This document shows, one piece after another, positions 20,166-30,214 of a stretch of DNA of 64,000 nucleotides. Both the position numbers and the translations under genes were made by a program. The stretch spans positions 384,001 to 448,000 of the forward strand of contig CAXWPJ010000009.1 of assembly GCA_963664115.2 (NCBI GenBank). The letters are read 5' to 3'. How positions within the stretch are numbered: the first letter of the stretch is position 1; every line of letters begins with the position of its first letter. This stretch comes from Terriglobia bacterium (GTDB taxonomy: Bacteria; Acidobacteriota; Terriglobia; 20CM-2-55-15). The notes beneath the pieces were generated by a model. That model did not search any database. It was not told where the DNA came from and saw nothing but the letters and a program-made list of their open reading frames with translations.

Positions 20166-21188
20166 CTACTGCAGCCAGTTCAGCGTTCCGTTGGCCAGTT
20201 CGCGTTCCGGCAGATAACCGTTGCGTACCACCCCGGCGTTTCCTGTCTCAGTTCGCCGGCCACCGTGCTGGGATAGCAGCTCTGCCAATTCGGCTTCCAC
20301 TGCGCGTTGGATCAGTTGCTGTGCCCCAACTCGTAGTAGTTCTGTTACTGGATCCTCAATCGTTTCTCGACCTTCCGGTCCATTCACGTTACTCTTGCTC
20401 ACAGTGGCGTATCTCCTATGGTTGCTTTGAAGTTTTGTCACAACCACTGCAAGACCTGCAGCAGCCAGTTCAGCGTTCCGTTGGCGTGTTTCCAAGGCTT
20501 TGTTGAACCAGTCATCTGCCATGGCCAGAAGCTCTTCCCTCTGAGCCAACGCTTCTTCGTCTTCCGTATCTTCCGGAATCAATTCGGCGGCTTGGCGGTA
20601 GAGCAGGTTCTTATAGCTCATCGCATCTTCGTAGGTCTCACGGAGTTCCAGTGCACGATCGAGGTGCATTTGCCCTTCCTCGATCAAACTGGCAATTTCT
20701 TCAGGCTCCCGCTCGATGGTCTTGTTAAAAACGATCATCCAGTTGACGCTTCCCACACTGTAGTGCGCTACGGGATCGTCCGGGGCGATTTCGACCTGCC
20801 TCACGTAGCTTGCGCGGGCCAGATCGATCTGGTTTGTGTTCTGGTAGATACTGGCCAAGCCCGCCAGGGCTGTGGTGTTGTCTGGATCACCCTGAAGGAC
20901 GCTCTGGAAGGTCTGAACCGCCATATCGGCGTTGCGCTGGTTATCCGGGCCGACCGCACCCGGTATAAACTGCTGCAAATAGGCCATTCCCAGATACAAT
21001 TCGGCCTCGATGAGTTCGGGGTCCAACTGCGTGGCCTCCTCGAAAAACTCCGCGGCACCTTGATAGTCGGATTCACCGTAGGCTCTCACGCCCTTGTTGA
21101 GATTGTCCCTCGCACCCAGATAATCGCAACCGCTCATGCTCAACGCGAGGAAAGCGCTGAGAACGAAAAACAGTTTCTTGTCCCGCAT
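20166..21188 (-). CDS. TPR-repeat lipoprotein whose 3' end is fused in frame to an IS256 fragment
   Basis: Lipobox-like SMSGC, TPR helices; sequence changes to transposase-like after ...NAELAAAG. Confidence 0.8.
   Translation of the reverse strand: MRDKKLFFVLSAFLALSMSGCDYLGARDNLNKGVRAYGESDYQGAAEFFEEATQLDPELIEAELYLGMAYLQQFIPGAVGPDNQRNADMAVQTFQSVLQGDPDNTTALAGLASIYQNTNQIDLARASYVRQVEIAPDDPVAHYSVGSVNWMIVFNKTIEREPEEIASLIEEGQMHLDRALELRETYEDAMSYKNLLYRQAAELIPEDTEDEEALAQREELLAMADDWFNKALETRQRNAELAAAGLAVVVTKLQSNHRRYATVSKSNVNGPEGRETIEDPVTELLRVGAQQLIQRAVEAELAELLSQHGGRRTETGNAGVVRNGYLPERELANGTLNWLQ
20196..20460 (-). mobile_element. Fragment of an IS256-family element (RBS plus about 70 N-terminal transposase codons)
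   Basis: AGGAGA-N9-GTG then SKSNV...DPVTELLRVGAQQLIQRAVEAELAELL...GVVRNGYLPEREL; flanked by exact 25-bp direct repeats at 20171-20195 and 20461-20485. Confidence 0.8.
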
Positions 21189-21211
21189 GTAGTCCCTACC
21201 TCCAGGTTCCT

Positions 21212-21655
21212 CTAATTGCCGCCCACAATCTCCGCTGTGATCTGCTCGGTCATCAGACCAACCTTATCCACGCCGGAGCCCTTGGCAATATCGATCACCT
21301 GAATCACGTCATTGAAAAGAAGCTCCGGATCCGCGTTGACGAAGATGGTCCGGTCATTGCGGGTTTTGAAGATATCCTGCAACTGTGTACCCAGGGTTCT
21401 GAGATCCGACTGATCCTGGTTGATCCTAATTTGACCCCGATCGTCGATCGACACCACGATGGTGCGATTCTCTTCATCCGGTGGTGGTGGCGGTGTGCCC
21501 GGCGGAGGCGGCTGGGGCACAGCAGCATCCAGCCCGCTGGGTATCAGGGGCGTGATCACCATGAAGATCACCAACAGCACCAGCAGGATGTCTATCAGCG
21601 GTGTGATGTTGATATCGGACGACGCCGCTAGTTTCTTGCCATATTTTACTGCCAT
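21212..21655 (-). CDS. ExbD/TolR family biopolymer transport protein
   Basis: DINITPLIDILLVLLVIFMV. Confidence 0.92.
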   Translation of the reverse strand: MAVKYGKKLAASSDINITPLIDILLVLLVIFMVITPLIPSGLDAAVPQPPPPGTPPPPPDEENRTIVVSIDDRGQIRINQDQSDLRTLGTQLQDIFKTRNDRTIFVNADPELLFNDVIQVIDIAKGSGVDKVGLMTEQITAEIVGGN

Positions 21656-21669
21656 CGGCTCCTCCTCCG

Positions 21670-22101
21670 TTACTGCCGGACCGCCGAGTCAAGCCGTTCG
21701 GTCAGCAGACCGATGCGGTCGACACCAGCGGCACGAACGGTGTCCACAACCGCAACGACGTCGCCATAACGAGCGCGGAAATCGCTCTTGACGTAGACCG
21801 TCTTATCAAGCCTTCCCGTCAGTATGTTGACTACGAGTCCCGGCAACTCCTCTAAACGCACATCGTCGGCGCCAAGGAAGAACTTCCCGTCGCGTGTCAC
21901 CGATACCAGAACAGCATCTTCCGCATCGGCGTCCTGCATGTCGACCGGATTGGTCGTCTGTGCCAGTTCGACACTGACGCCTTTCTGCAACATGGGAGTG
22001 ATCACCATGAAAATAATTAACAAAACCAGCATGACGTCCGCCATCGGTGTCACGTTGATATCCGATTGTATCCCGCCGCGCTGACTGCCGCCCATTCCCA
22101 T
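21670..22101 (-). CDS. ExbD/TolR family biopolymer transport protein
   Basis: DINVTPMADVMLVLLIIFMV, YGDVVAVVD..RAAGV. Confidence 0.92.
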   Translation of the reverse strand: MGMGGSQRGGIQSDINVTPMADVMLVLLIIFMVITPMLQKGVSVELAQTTNPVDMQDADAEDAVLVSVTRDGKFFLGADDVRLEELPGLVVNILTGRLDKTVYVKSDFRARYGDVVAVVDTVRAAGVDRIGLLTERLDSAVRQ

Positions 22102-22107
22102 GACTGA

Positions 22108-22824
22108 TTAACCTCGCTTCTTGATGAAGTAGTCGATCAACTCGGAAGAAGAGTTGGACATTTCGATCTGGAACGCTTCCACGCGATTGCTGAAGGCGTT
22201 GTATGCCCACACTGCGGGAACCGCAACGAAAAGGCCAAACGCGGTCGCCACAAGCGCCTCGGAAATACCTCCAGCGACAGCGGAAAGACCAGCTGTCTGC
22301 TCACTCGACATACCCTGAAACGCGTTGATGATGCCGATGGTCGTACCGAAAAGCCCCACGAATGGTGCGGTGGCGCCAATCGTTGCCAAACCGGAAAGGC
22401 CACGCTTCAATTCGGCGTTTACGATCGCCTCCGCACGTTCCAGAGCACGTCGGGAGGATCCGATCTGCTCGCCGGATAATTCTGTCGACGCCCCTTGGGA
22501 TCGAAACTCCTGCAACCCAGCCTCAACGACCTTGGCCAAGTGACTGCGGTTGCTTTGTTCGGCCACGCTGATTGCCTCTTCGATTTTACCTTCCTTGAGG
22601 CAACCGGCAACGGCTGGCGCAAACTCGCGGGATTGTTTCCGGGCCTGGCTGTAAGCGATGTAGCGGTCTACCATCACACCAAAAGACCACATGGACATCA
22701 GTGCCAAGACGACAACAACAGCCTTAGCTATTAAACCCATCTGGGACCACATGGAACGCAGGTCGAAACCGATGGCCTCCTGGAGCAGCATCATTCCCAT
22801 AAAGTTGAGCTTAAAAAGCAGCAT
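22108..22824 (-). CDS. MotA/TolQ/ExbB proton channel protein
   Basis: [41 protein letters not shown]. Confidence 0.93.
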   Translation of the reverse strand: MLLFKLNFMGMMLLQEAIGFDLRSMWSQMGLIAKAVVVVLALMSMWSFGVMVDRYIAYSQARKQSREFAPAVAGCLKEGKIEEAISVAEQSNRSHLAKVVEAGLQEFRSQGASTELSGEQIGSSRRALERAEAIVNAELKRGLSGLATIGATAPFVGLFGTTIGIINAFQGMSSEQTAGLSAVAGGISEALVATAFGLFVAVPAVWAYNAFSNRVEAFQIEMSNSSSELIDYFIKKRG

Positions 22825-22929
22825 AAGATCAGAATCCTCCTAACTGAATTCGTAACTAAATGTCTTTCGTACGCATGATTGCGGACAAACTCGAAATACC
22901 TTCAAATTAACGGCGACAGCCCGCAGACT

Positions 22930-23682
22930 CTAGTTCAGTGTGAACGTAACGGAGATCGTCGTCACAACCGGTACGGGCTGACCGTTGAGAAGAGTCGGTT
23001 CGTACCGCCACCGGCTCACAGCTTCGACGGCTGCGGGCGCCAACAGCGGATGACCGGTGATAATCCTCAGATTCTCAATGGTTCCTTCCGTATTGATATT
23101 CGCTTCCAGCAACACAACCCCCTGAATCCGGGCCTGTCGAGCCAGGTCCGGGTAGCGAGGCGGCGTTTGGTCGATAATACTTGCGGCCTGGGCACCCGCA
23201 CTCACTCGGAGCCGTTCTGGCGCCGGCGGTGGTGGCGGCGGTGGTGGTGGCGGTGGCGGTGGTGGTGCTGCAGCTGCCTGAGCGGAAAGCACGCCCCCCA
23301 GGACGCCACTCAAGATGCCAGTATTTGTTCCTCCAACGACACCACTCACTGCGGGCGGCGGACCCTCATCCACGATCCGGGCAATCTCGTCTGGAATCTC
23401 TGTCGGGGCAACCATGGCCCCGGGATCGATCTGGATTTCGGTCACGACGATCGGAGCCTCCGGTATGATCTCCTCCGGTGGTGGTGGTGGCGGTGGTGGC
23501 GGTGGTGGTGGTGCAACCAGGAATGTCAGCAGGTCCTGGGCCGGTAGAGCTTCTGTGTAGATCAACGGAATCAAGACCATCACACTAAGAAGCACTACGT
23601 GAATGACAAGCGAAAGCAACACCGTGGCGGGCTTCTTCCCAGTGTTTCCTCCCGCAGTTTCCAGCAAGGAATCTTCGAACAT
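22930..23682 (-). CDS. tonB: Energy transducer TonB
   Basis: N-terminal TM with SxxxH, two poly-Pro tracts, C-terminal YPDLARQARIQGVVLL...WRYEP. Confidence 0.9.
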   Translation of the reverse strand: MFEDSLLETAGGNTGKKPATVLLSLVIHVVLLSVMVLIPLIYTEALPAQDLLTFLVAPPPPPPPPPPPPEEIIPEAPIVVTEIQIDPGAMVAPTEIPDEIARIVDEGPPPAVSGVVGGTNTGILSGVLGGVLSAQAAAAPPPPPPPPPPPPPPAPERLRVSAGAQAASIIDQTPPRYPDLARQARIQGVVLLEANINTEGTIENLRIITGHPLLAPAAVEAVSRWRYEPTLLNGQPVPVVTTISVTFTLN

Positions 23683-23862
23683 GACGCTGTCTTACCTCCC
23701 TAAATAAGACTCTCAGCTTCGCTGCCTTAAAGCCACCAATGTCCTGACAGATTAGGCGTGCGGGTTAGATCCCCTACAGCTGATTTCACACAACCGAAAC
23801 GACAGGCTACGCAACAAAGGCGATTAGAACAACAATTTCGGCGGCTAAACTAAGGAGCGATC

Positions 23863-23892
23863 CTTATACCAACCGATCCGATGGCCTGTCAA
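23863..23892 (-). promoter_or_regulatory. Putative sigma70 promoter of the tonB operon
   Basis: TTGACA-N18-TATAAG on the minus strand, about 180 bp above tonB. Confidence 0.55.
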
Positions 23893-23936
23893 CTACTGAA
23901 TACCCCATACTCGCTACCGACTTAGCCCTGTTCGTG

Positions 23937-24866
23937 TCAGGCCGCGGCGCGTGCTTTCGCACGCAATTTGTACATGTCGTAGATAAGCACCATAGGCGCG
24001 GCCACGGCGATCGAAGAGTAGGTTCCTACGAGCACTCCTATGACGAGCGCAAACGCGAAGTTGTTGATCACATCACCGCCAAAAAAATACATTGCCAGGC
24101 CTGCAACCAACGTGAGCCCCGAGGTCAGAATGGTCCGGCTCAGAGTCTGGTTGATGCTTCTGTTCAATATCGACTCGAAAGTCATTCTCCGGCTCAGCCT
24201 GAGGTTTTCACGGACGCGATCGAAAACGACTATCGTATCGTTGACAGAATACCCGACCAGCGTCAACAAGGCGGCGATCACGGTAAGGTTGATTTCTTTG
24301 TCGAAAATCGAAAAGAACCCGAGCGTGATCAACGTGTCGTGAAACACCGCAAATACTGCGGCAACACCATAAATCCACTCGAATCGGAACGCAATATATA
24401 TCAGAATGCCGCCCAACGCGTAAAGCGTAGCCAGGACGGCCTGTCTGCGAAGGTCGGACCCCATCTTGGGGCCAACCGAGTCCGAAGTCAGAATCTCAAA
24501 CTGGCCCGCAAATCCCTCGTTCAGGGCTTCGGTAATGACCTCTCGACCCCGTGCCAGATCTTCTTCAACAAGCGCTTGTTCAACCTGAATCAGGATGTCG
24601 AATCCGCTGCCGGACCCGGATAATTCCTGAATCTGGCTGTCTGGGGCACCTCCTTCGCGAAGCAGATCCCGAATTCGGTCGATCTCAACCGGTTCGTCGA
24701 AACGCACGGTCATGATCGCCCCCCCCTGAAAATCCACGCCATAGCGCAGGGAACCCTTCCCCACCACAGAGGCCAAACCCACGATCAACAAAATCGCAGA
24801 TAGGCCAAAGAACCTACGCCGGTTACGCAGCCAATCGAACTTGAGACCACCGAAAAATTCGATCAT
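23937..24866 (-). CDS. secF: Protein translocase subunit SecF
   Basis: YGVDFQGG, VGP, GYSVNDTIVVFDRVREN, GTYSSI. Confidence 0.96.
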   Translation of the reverse strand: MIEFFGGLKFDWLRNRRRFFGLSAILLIVGLASVVGKGSLRYGVDFQGGAIMTVRFDEPVEIDRIRDLLREGGAPDSQIQELSGSGSGFDILIQVEQALVEEDLARGREVITEALNEGFAGQFEILTSDSVGPKMGSDLRRQAVLATLYALGGILIYIAFRFEWIYGVAAVFAVFHDTLITLGFFSIFDKEINLTVIAALLTLVGYSVNDTIVVFDRVRENLRLSRRMTFESILNRSINQTLSRTILTSGLTLVAGLAMYFFGGDVINNFAFALVIGVLVGTYSSIAVAAPMVLIYDMYKLRAKARAAA

Positions 24867-24972
24867 TCAGCCTTTACCTATTGTGTAGACACCGGGAGAC
24901 CGGGGTTGTTCCCGGTAATTGTTCTTGGACCTGACCCATCACCCCAATCTCCGGACCGGGCTCATCGTCAAA

Positions 24973-26580
24973 TTAGATGCTCAGGGTTGCAACGCGTTCG
25001 GACCGTCCGAGAAGCCATTCAAACAGAGTCCGCGAAACGAACACCGCCGTGAACACATTCGCCACCAGCCCGATAATCAGTGTTACCGCAAAACCCTTGA
25101 CTGGCCCTGACCCGAACAAAAACAGAAACATGGCAGAAATCATCGCTGCCAGATGCGTGTCGACGATCGTGATAAAGACACGATTGAAGCTGGTTACCAC
25201 CGAAGATACGGCTGTTTTCCCCGAGCGCAATTCTTCGCGGATCCTCTCGAAGATCAAAATGTTCGAATCGATTCCCACACCGATCATCAAGATGATACCG
25301 GCAATTCCGGGCAGTGTCAGCACCGCTTCGAAATAAGCCAGCGCGCCGAACAGGATCAGGATATTCAACAGCATCGCGATGGCCGCATTGACTCCTGCCA
25401 ACCTGTAATAGAAAAGCATAAACACGAGAACAACCACAAGAGAGACCACGCCCGCGAAAACACCCTGGCGGATGGAATCCTGTCCAAGAGAGGGACCGAC
25501 AACCCGCTCTTCGAGGTACTCCAGGGAGGCCGGAAGCGCACCGGAACGAAGCACCAGGGACAAATCCTGTGACTCTTGAAGGGTAAAACCTGCGGCACCA
25601 CCCGTGATAATTCCCGAGTCGGTTATTCGGGCGTCGATCCGAGGTGCGGACTGAATGCGGCCATCAAGAATGATCGCCAGTGATCGGCCGATATTCTCCT
25701 CAGTGGCCCGTCCGAACCTCTGAGATCCGTCGGCCGTCAGATTGAAGGTTACCGCGGGACGGCCATTCTGATCGCGGGACGGAAAAGCGCCTTTCAGGTC
25801 CCGCCCCGTGATAGATGCGAGGCGCTCGACCGAATACCAGGCTTCCCCGCCCATGTTTAAGGTTATTTCGGGCTGACTCGATTCCATCAGCTCCAGATTC
25901 GGCGGTAAGACTCCGCCGTAAGTCTGGGTCAGTAACTGTTGCGTAGGGAAGGGTCCGGCATCGACGATTTTCAGTTCCAGTAGAGCCGTGGACTGCATGA
26001 TGCGCTTAACCCGTTCCGGGTCGTCGACTCCTGGCAGCTGCACCAGGATTTCGTATTCGCCAGGACCACCGTGTTCTTGAATTACCGGTTCGGTCACCCC
26101 GAGCTGATCGATTCGGTTTCGGATGGTTTGAATTGCCTGATCCACCGATTGATCGCGGTAAAAATTCTCCGTAGCCCTATCGAGTTGCATCACGTAGGTG
26201 TTGGGTACGGGTCCGGCTGTAGAAGCCAGCAACCACTCCGGAAACTGGTCGTTCAGGATCTGGCGCACTTCCTGATCTCTTGCCGGATCGACGCCGACGA
26301 ACTGGAAGCGCCCGTTCGCCAAACGCTCCTCCTGCCGAAAGAGAATGCTGTCGGCTTCTAAAAACTCGCCCATGCGTTCAATCGCCAGATCGGTCTCGGC
26401 GCGGATGGCGTCATCGGTCACGACGCCCAACACAATATGGGTCCCGCCTCTCAGATCCAGACCCAGACGAATCTTGTCCTGCATTTTTGCGAGACTCGGC
26501 GGAAAGCCCGCGAACAACATGATTGCAGAGGCAGCCACGAGCAGCGTGACGATCATACGGTTGCGAATTCTATTGGACAT
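24973..26580 (-). CDS. secD: Protein translocase subunit SecD
   Basis: LGLDLRGG, RIDQLGVTEP, LRSGALPA, VGPSLG, NILIFERIREE. Confidence 0.96.
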   Translation of the reverse strand: MSNRIRNRMIVTLLVAASAIMLFAGFPPSLAKMQDKIRLGLDLRGGTHIVLGVVTDDAIRAETDLAIERMGEFLEADSILFRQEERLANGRFQFVGVDPARDQEVRQILNDQFPEWLLASTAGPVPNTYVMQLDRATENFYRDQSVDQAIQTIRNRIDQLGVTEPVIQEHGGPGEYEILVQLPGVDDPERVKRIMQSTALLELKIVDAGPFPTQQLLTQTYGGVLPPNLELMESSQPEITLNMGGEAWYSVERLASITGRDLKGAFPSRDQNGRPAVTFNLTADGSQRFGRATEENIGRSLAIILDGRIQSAPRIDARITDSGIITGGAAGFTLQESQDLSLVLRSGALPASLEYLEERVVGPSLGQDSIRQGVFAGVVSLVVVLVFMLFYYRLAGVNAAIAMLLNILILFGALAYFEAVLTLPGIAGIILMIGVGIDSNILIFERIREELRSGKTAVSSVVTSFNRVFITIVDTHLAAMISAMFLFLFGSGPVKGFAVTLIIGLVANVFTAVFVSRTLFEWLLGRSERVATLSI

Positions 26581-26586
26581 ATGTGC

Positions 26587-26892
26587 TTATTCTTGATCCG
26601 GTTGTTGCATTGAAGCTACGGCGTTTCTGGAAACATCGACCTTGACGTTTTCCGCAATTCTCAGCCCCAGCTTGTCTCCTCGAAGAGCGACGACGGTTCC
26701 AAAAAGGCCTCCCGTTGTAATAACCTTATCACCCGTTTTCAGCCCATCGATCATCCCCTGAATCTTCTTCTGCCGCCGCCGGGCGGGAAGAAATACGATG
26801 AGGTAGAAGATTCCGATTATGAAGATCAGGGGCAGGAACGCGGCCAGACCTCCGGTCTGGGGGGCTGGCTGCTGCAAGATCACCAAAAACAC
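26587..26892 (-). CDS. yajC: Preprotein translocase subunit YajC
   Basis: TM + FY....P, LKTGDKVITTGGLFG; tgt-yajC-secD-secF order. Confidence 0.94.
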   Translation of the reverse strand: MFLVILQQPAPQTGGLAAFLPLIFIIGIFYLIVFLPARRRQKKIQGMIDGLKTGDKVITTGGLFGTVVALRGDKLGLRIAENVKVDVSRNAVASMQQPDQE

Positions 26893-26924
26893 GCGGAACC
26901 TCCGGAACGAAAAAACGGGCCCAG

Positions 26925-28037
26925 TTACTGGGCCCCCGCATTCCTCGTAACAGTTAAAAGCTCACTAAATCCTTCAAATTCAATAAAATGCCTTATTTTC
27001 CGCATGGTGTCAAGATAGAAAAACAAGTTATGGGTCGTGTTGAGCACCGAGGAAAGAATCTCCTTTGCGATGAACAGATGCCGCAGGTAGGCACGAGAAT
27101 ACTTCGCACAAACCGGGCATCGACAGCCCTCTTCGATCGGTCTCTCGTCGCTGAGATATTTCGCATGCCGAATAACGATGTGACCGTCACGGGTAAAGAG
27201 CCAACCGTTTCGCGCGTGCCGGGTGGGCATCACGCAGTCGAACATGTCGACACCCCTGGCTACACACTCAACCAAGTTCTCCGGCGTCCCTACGCCCATC
27301 AGATAGCGCGGACGATCAGAGGGTAGCAGCGGATCCATTTGCTCGACGGTGTCATACATCTGGGCTAGGGGTTCTCCCACCCCAAGCCCGCCAATCGCAT
27401 AACCTTCGAAAGCCGTTTCGACCAGACGTGCGACACTTTCCCTCCGCAGGTCCGGATAGACTGACCCTTGAACAATGCCGAAAACGGTCTGCGGTTCTCC
27501 ACCGACCTCATCGAAGCGTTTTCGGCTGCGTTCGGCCCAGCCCATGGACCGTTGCATCGATTGTTCAGCTTCCTGGCGACTGGCCGGATAGCCCAGGCAA
27601 TCGTCCAGGACCATCAACACATCGGAACCCAAAGCCAGCTGCACATCGATGGCTATTTCCGGAGACAGAAAAGCCGCACTCCCATCCAGATGCGAGCGGA
27701 ACGAAACACCATCGTCGTCGATTTTCCGAAGCTTGCTCAAGCTGTACACCTGGTAGCCACCGCTGTCGGTAAGGATGGGACCGGACCACCCCATGAATCG
27801 GTGGAGCCCGCCGAGATCACTGATGACTTCGTGGCCCGGCCTGAGAAACAAATGATATGCATTCGACAGAATCATCTCGGCGCCCAGGTCGCGTAATTGC
27901 TCCGGTGTCATGCCTTTGACGGTTCCCTGTGTCCCGACCGGCATGAACGCGGGCGTTTCAACTATCCCGTGACTGGTGTGCAGACGGCCGCGCCGCGCAC
28001 CGGTGTGAGGGTCGTTCTTAATGACTTCAAACTGCAT
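26925..28037 (-). CDS. tgt: Queuine tRNA-ribosyltransferase
   Basis: TPAFMPVGT, LTDSGGYQV, FDCVMPTR, CRCPVC zinc site. Confidence 0.96.
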   Translation of the reverse strand: MQFEVIKNDPHTGARRGRLHTSHGIVETPAFMPVGTQGTVKGMTPEQLRDLGAEMILSNAYHLFLRPGHEVISDLGGLHRFMGWSGPILTDSGGYQVYSLSKLRKIDDDGVSFRSHLDGSAAFLSPEIAIDVQLALGSDVLMVLDDCLGYPASRQEAEQSMQRSMGWAERSRKRFDEVGGEPQTVFGIVQGSVYPDLRRESVARLVETAFEGYAIGGLGVGEPLAQMYDTVEQMDPLLPSDRPRYLMGVGTPENLVECVARGVDMFDCVMPTRHARNGWLFTRDGHIVIRHAKYLSDERPIEEGCRCPVCAKYSRAYLRHLFIAKEILSSVLNTTHNLFFYLDTMRKIRHFIEFEGFSELLTVTRNAGAQ

Positions 28038-28055
28038 TCATTAACGGGGCGCCTG

Positions 28056-28114
28056 CGGCTCCAACAAGTGAAATCTACGGCTCCAACAAGTGAAATCTAC
28101 GGCTCCAACAAGTG
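28056..28114. repeat. 22-bp tandem repeat x2.7 (CGGCTCCAACAAGTGAAATCTA)
   Basis: Exact units at 28056 and 28078, partial unit at 28100. Confidence 0.85.
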
Positions 28115-28178
28115 TCGCCGTTTTCGGGCTCTCACGAGTGTAGCTGCTGCATTGCTCGTCATTCATCACTTCCGACGG

Positions 28179-29147
28179 TCAATTAACGAGGTGGCAGGCG
28201 CCGAGACGGCCGTCAGCGAGCTTCTTTAGAGGAGGTTCTTCAGTGCGACAACGGTCGATGACAATGGGGCAGCGCGTGTGAAACCGACAACCCGCGGGAG
28301 GGTTGATGGGCGTGGGCACATCCCCGTGGAGCACGATCCGCTCCCGTTTCCGCCCCGGTTCCGGTATTGGAACAGCACTCAGCAGCGCCTGGGTATACGG
28401 ATGCCTTGGATCCGTGCAGATCTGAGCGCTGGTGCCGATCTCGACGATCTTTCCCAGATACATGACGCCGATTCGGTTGGAGATGTGTTCGATGACGGGA
28501 ATGCCGTGCGAAATAAAGAGGTAAGTCAGGCCGAAATCCTTCTGAAGGTCGGCCAGCAAGTTGATGATCTGTGCCTGAATCGAAACGTCCAGCGCAGAAA
28601 CCGGCTCGTCGGCCACGATCAGCTTCGGTTTCATGGCCAGTGCGCGCGCGATTCCTATTCTCTGACGCTGTCCGCCGCTGAATTCGTGCGGGTACCGACT
28701 GCCAACCCCGGGATCGAGGCCGACCGTCCTGAGCAGTTCCTCCACGCGCTGCTCTCTCTCCGACCCATGGGCCGTACCATGGATGGCAAACGGTTCTCCA
28801 ACGATAGCTCTGACCGGCATTCGCGGGTTTAACGAGGCATACGGATCCTGGAAAATGATCTGCATATCACGACGGCGGCGGCGCAAGTCGCGGGCACTGA
28901 GCCCCCGCAGGTCAATCCCGTCGAACTCGATCTCTCCCGCGTCGGGCTCAATCAGCCGGAGAACGGCTCGGCCAGTCGTTGTCTTCCCGCAGCCCGACTC
29001 CCCAACCAACCCGAGCGTCTCGCCACGGCGTATGGAAAAGCTCACGTCGTCGACAGCCTTGACATAGTCGGAAACCCGCGACAACATTCCCCTCTTTATC
29101 GGGAAATACTTGCGCAGGTTGCGGACTTCAAGGAGGTTTTCAGACAT
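28179..29147 (-). CDS. Oligopeptide/dipeptide ABC transporter ATP-binding protein (OppF/DppF-like)
   Basis: [42 protein letters not shown]. Confidence 0.92.
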   Translation of the reverse strand: MSENLLEVRNLRKYFPIKRGMLSRVSDYVKAVDDVSFSIRRGETLGLVGESGCGKTTTGRAVLRLIEPDAGEIEFDGIDLRGLSARDLRRRRRDMQIIFQDPYASLNPRMPVRAIVGEPFAIHGTAHGSEREQRVEELLRTVGLDPGVGSRYPHEFSGGQRQRIGIARALAMKPKLIVADEPVSALDVSIQAQIINLLADLQKDFGLTYLFISHGIPVIEHISNRIGVMYLGKIVEIGTSAQICTDPRHPYTQALLSAVPIPEPGRKRERIVLHGDVPTPINPPAGCRFHTRCPIVIDRCRTEEPPLKKLADGRLGACHLVN

Positions 29148-30111
29148 GGATACACCGAGCCTGGTGGTCACCGTTGATCCAATCGAAGCCAATCTCTGAT
29201 TCGCTACACTCAGCCGTCGCCTTGTTGCAACGGGGCGCGAAAGCACACCCCCGAGGCAGATCGAGCAAGTTCGGGACGACTCCTTCGACCACGTCTAATT
29301 TCCCCTGCCGATGGAGACTCGATCCCAATTTCGGAATCGAGCGGAGCAAACCTTCAGTGTAGGGATGCCGCGGCTCTTCAAATACCGCTCTGGCCGTGCC
29401 GATTTCTACGATCTTGCCCGCGTACATGACCGCAACAGTATCTGCCACTTCGGCCACTACACCGAGGTCATGGGAAATAAGCATTAAGGAAAGGTTATAT
29501 TCCTCACGCAGCTGTACCAGGAGTTCTAGAATCTGTGCCTGTATCGTTACGTCGAGCGCAGTCGTGGGTTCGTCCGCGATCAGGAGCGTGGGTTTGCAAA
29601 CAAGGGCCATGGCGATCATAACCCGCTGACGCATCCCTCCCGAAAGCTGGTGAGGATAGTCCTGGGCGCGGCGCTCCGGGTCCGGTATGGCGACCGCCCG
29701 CATGGCTTCAACAGCGCGGTCCCAGGCCGCAGTCCGGGACACGTCCTCGTGAGCCAGGACCGATTCTGCGATCTGATAGCCAATCTTCAGAACCGGATTC
29801 AGCGCAGTCATCGGTTCTTGAAAAATCATGGCAACTTTGCTGCCACGCAACCGCCTCATTTCCACGGAATTCAGCTCGAGGATGTCTTGACCGTCGAGGA
29901 GGATCTCTCCACCCACAACGCGCCCCGGTCCGTCCACGAGGCGGAGAATCGAAAGCGCGGTCACGCTCTTACCCGAGCCGCTCTCACCGACCAACCCGAG
30001 TGTCCTGCCCCGGCCTATGGAAAACGACACATCATCGACGGCCTTGACGACACCGTCATCCGTAAAAAATTGCGTCTTCAGATTTCGCACTTCAAGTATG
30101 TTGGCACTCAA
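29140..30111 (-). CDS. Oligopeptide/dipeptide ABC transporter ATP-binding protein (OppD/DppD-like)
   Basis: [38 protein letters not shown]. Confidence 0.92.
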   Translation of the reverse strand: MSANILEVRNLKTQFFTDDGVVKAVDDVSFSIGRGRTLGLVGESGSGKSVTALSILRLVDGPGRVVGGEILLDGQDILELNSVEMRRLRGSKVAMIFQEPMTALNPVLKIGYQIAESVLAHEDVSRTAAWDRAVEAMRAVAIPDPERRAQDYPHQLSGGMRQRVMIAMALVCKPTLLIADEPTTALDVTIQAQILELLVQLREEYNLSLMLISHDLGVVAEVADTVAVMYAGKIVEIGTARAVFEEPRHPYTEGLLRSIPKLGSSLHRQGKLDVVEGVVPNLLDLPRGCAFAPRCNKATAECSESEIGFDWINGDHQARCIHV

Positions 30112-30214
30112 TCTCTCACCGCCTCACACCGACTATCGAATATCGTCGGAAATGCTAGCACAGACCAAGCTACGGAACATTGAAAGGGGACGGGTCAATT
30201 ACTAAACAGAGAGC

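Noticed and set aside
20418-21215. 265-aa plus-strand ORF opposite the TPR lipoprotein
   Set aside because: Antisense shadow of a well-supported gene
23222-23515. GGT/GGC triplet repeats
   Set aside because: They encode the poly-proline linkers of TonB
28056-28114. Possible mini-CRISPR
   Set aside because: Head-to-tail identical units with no spacers
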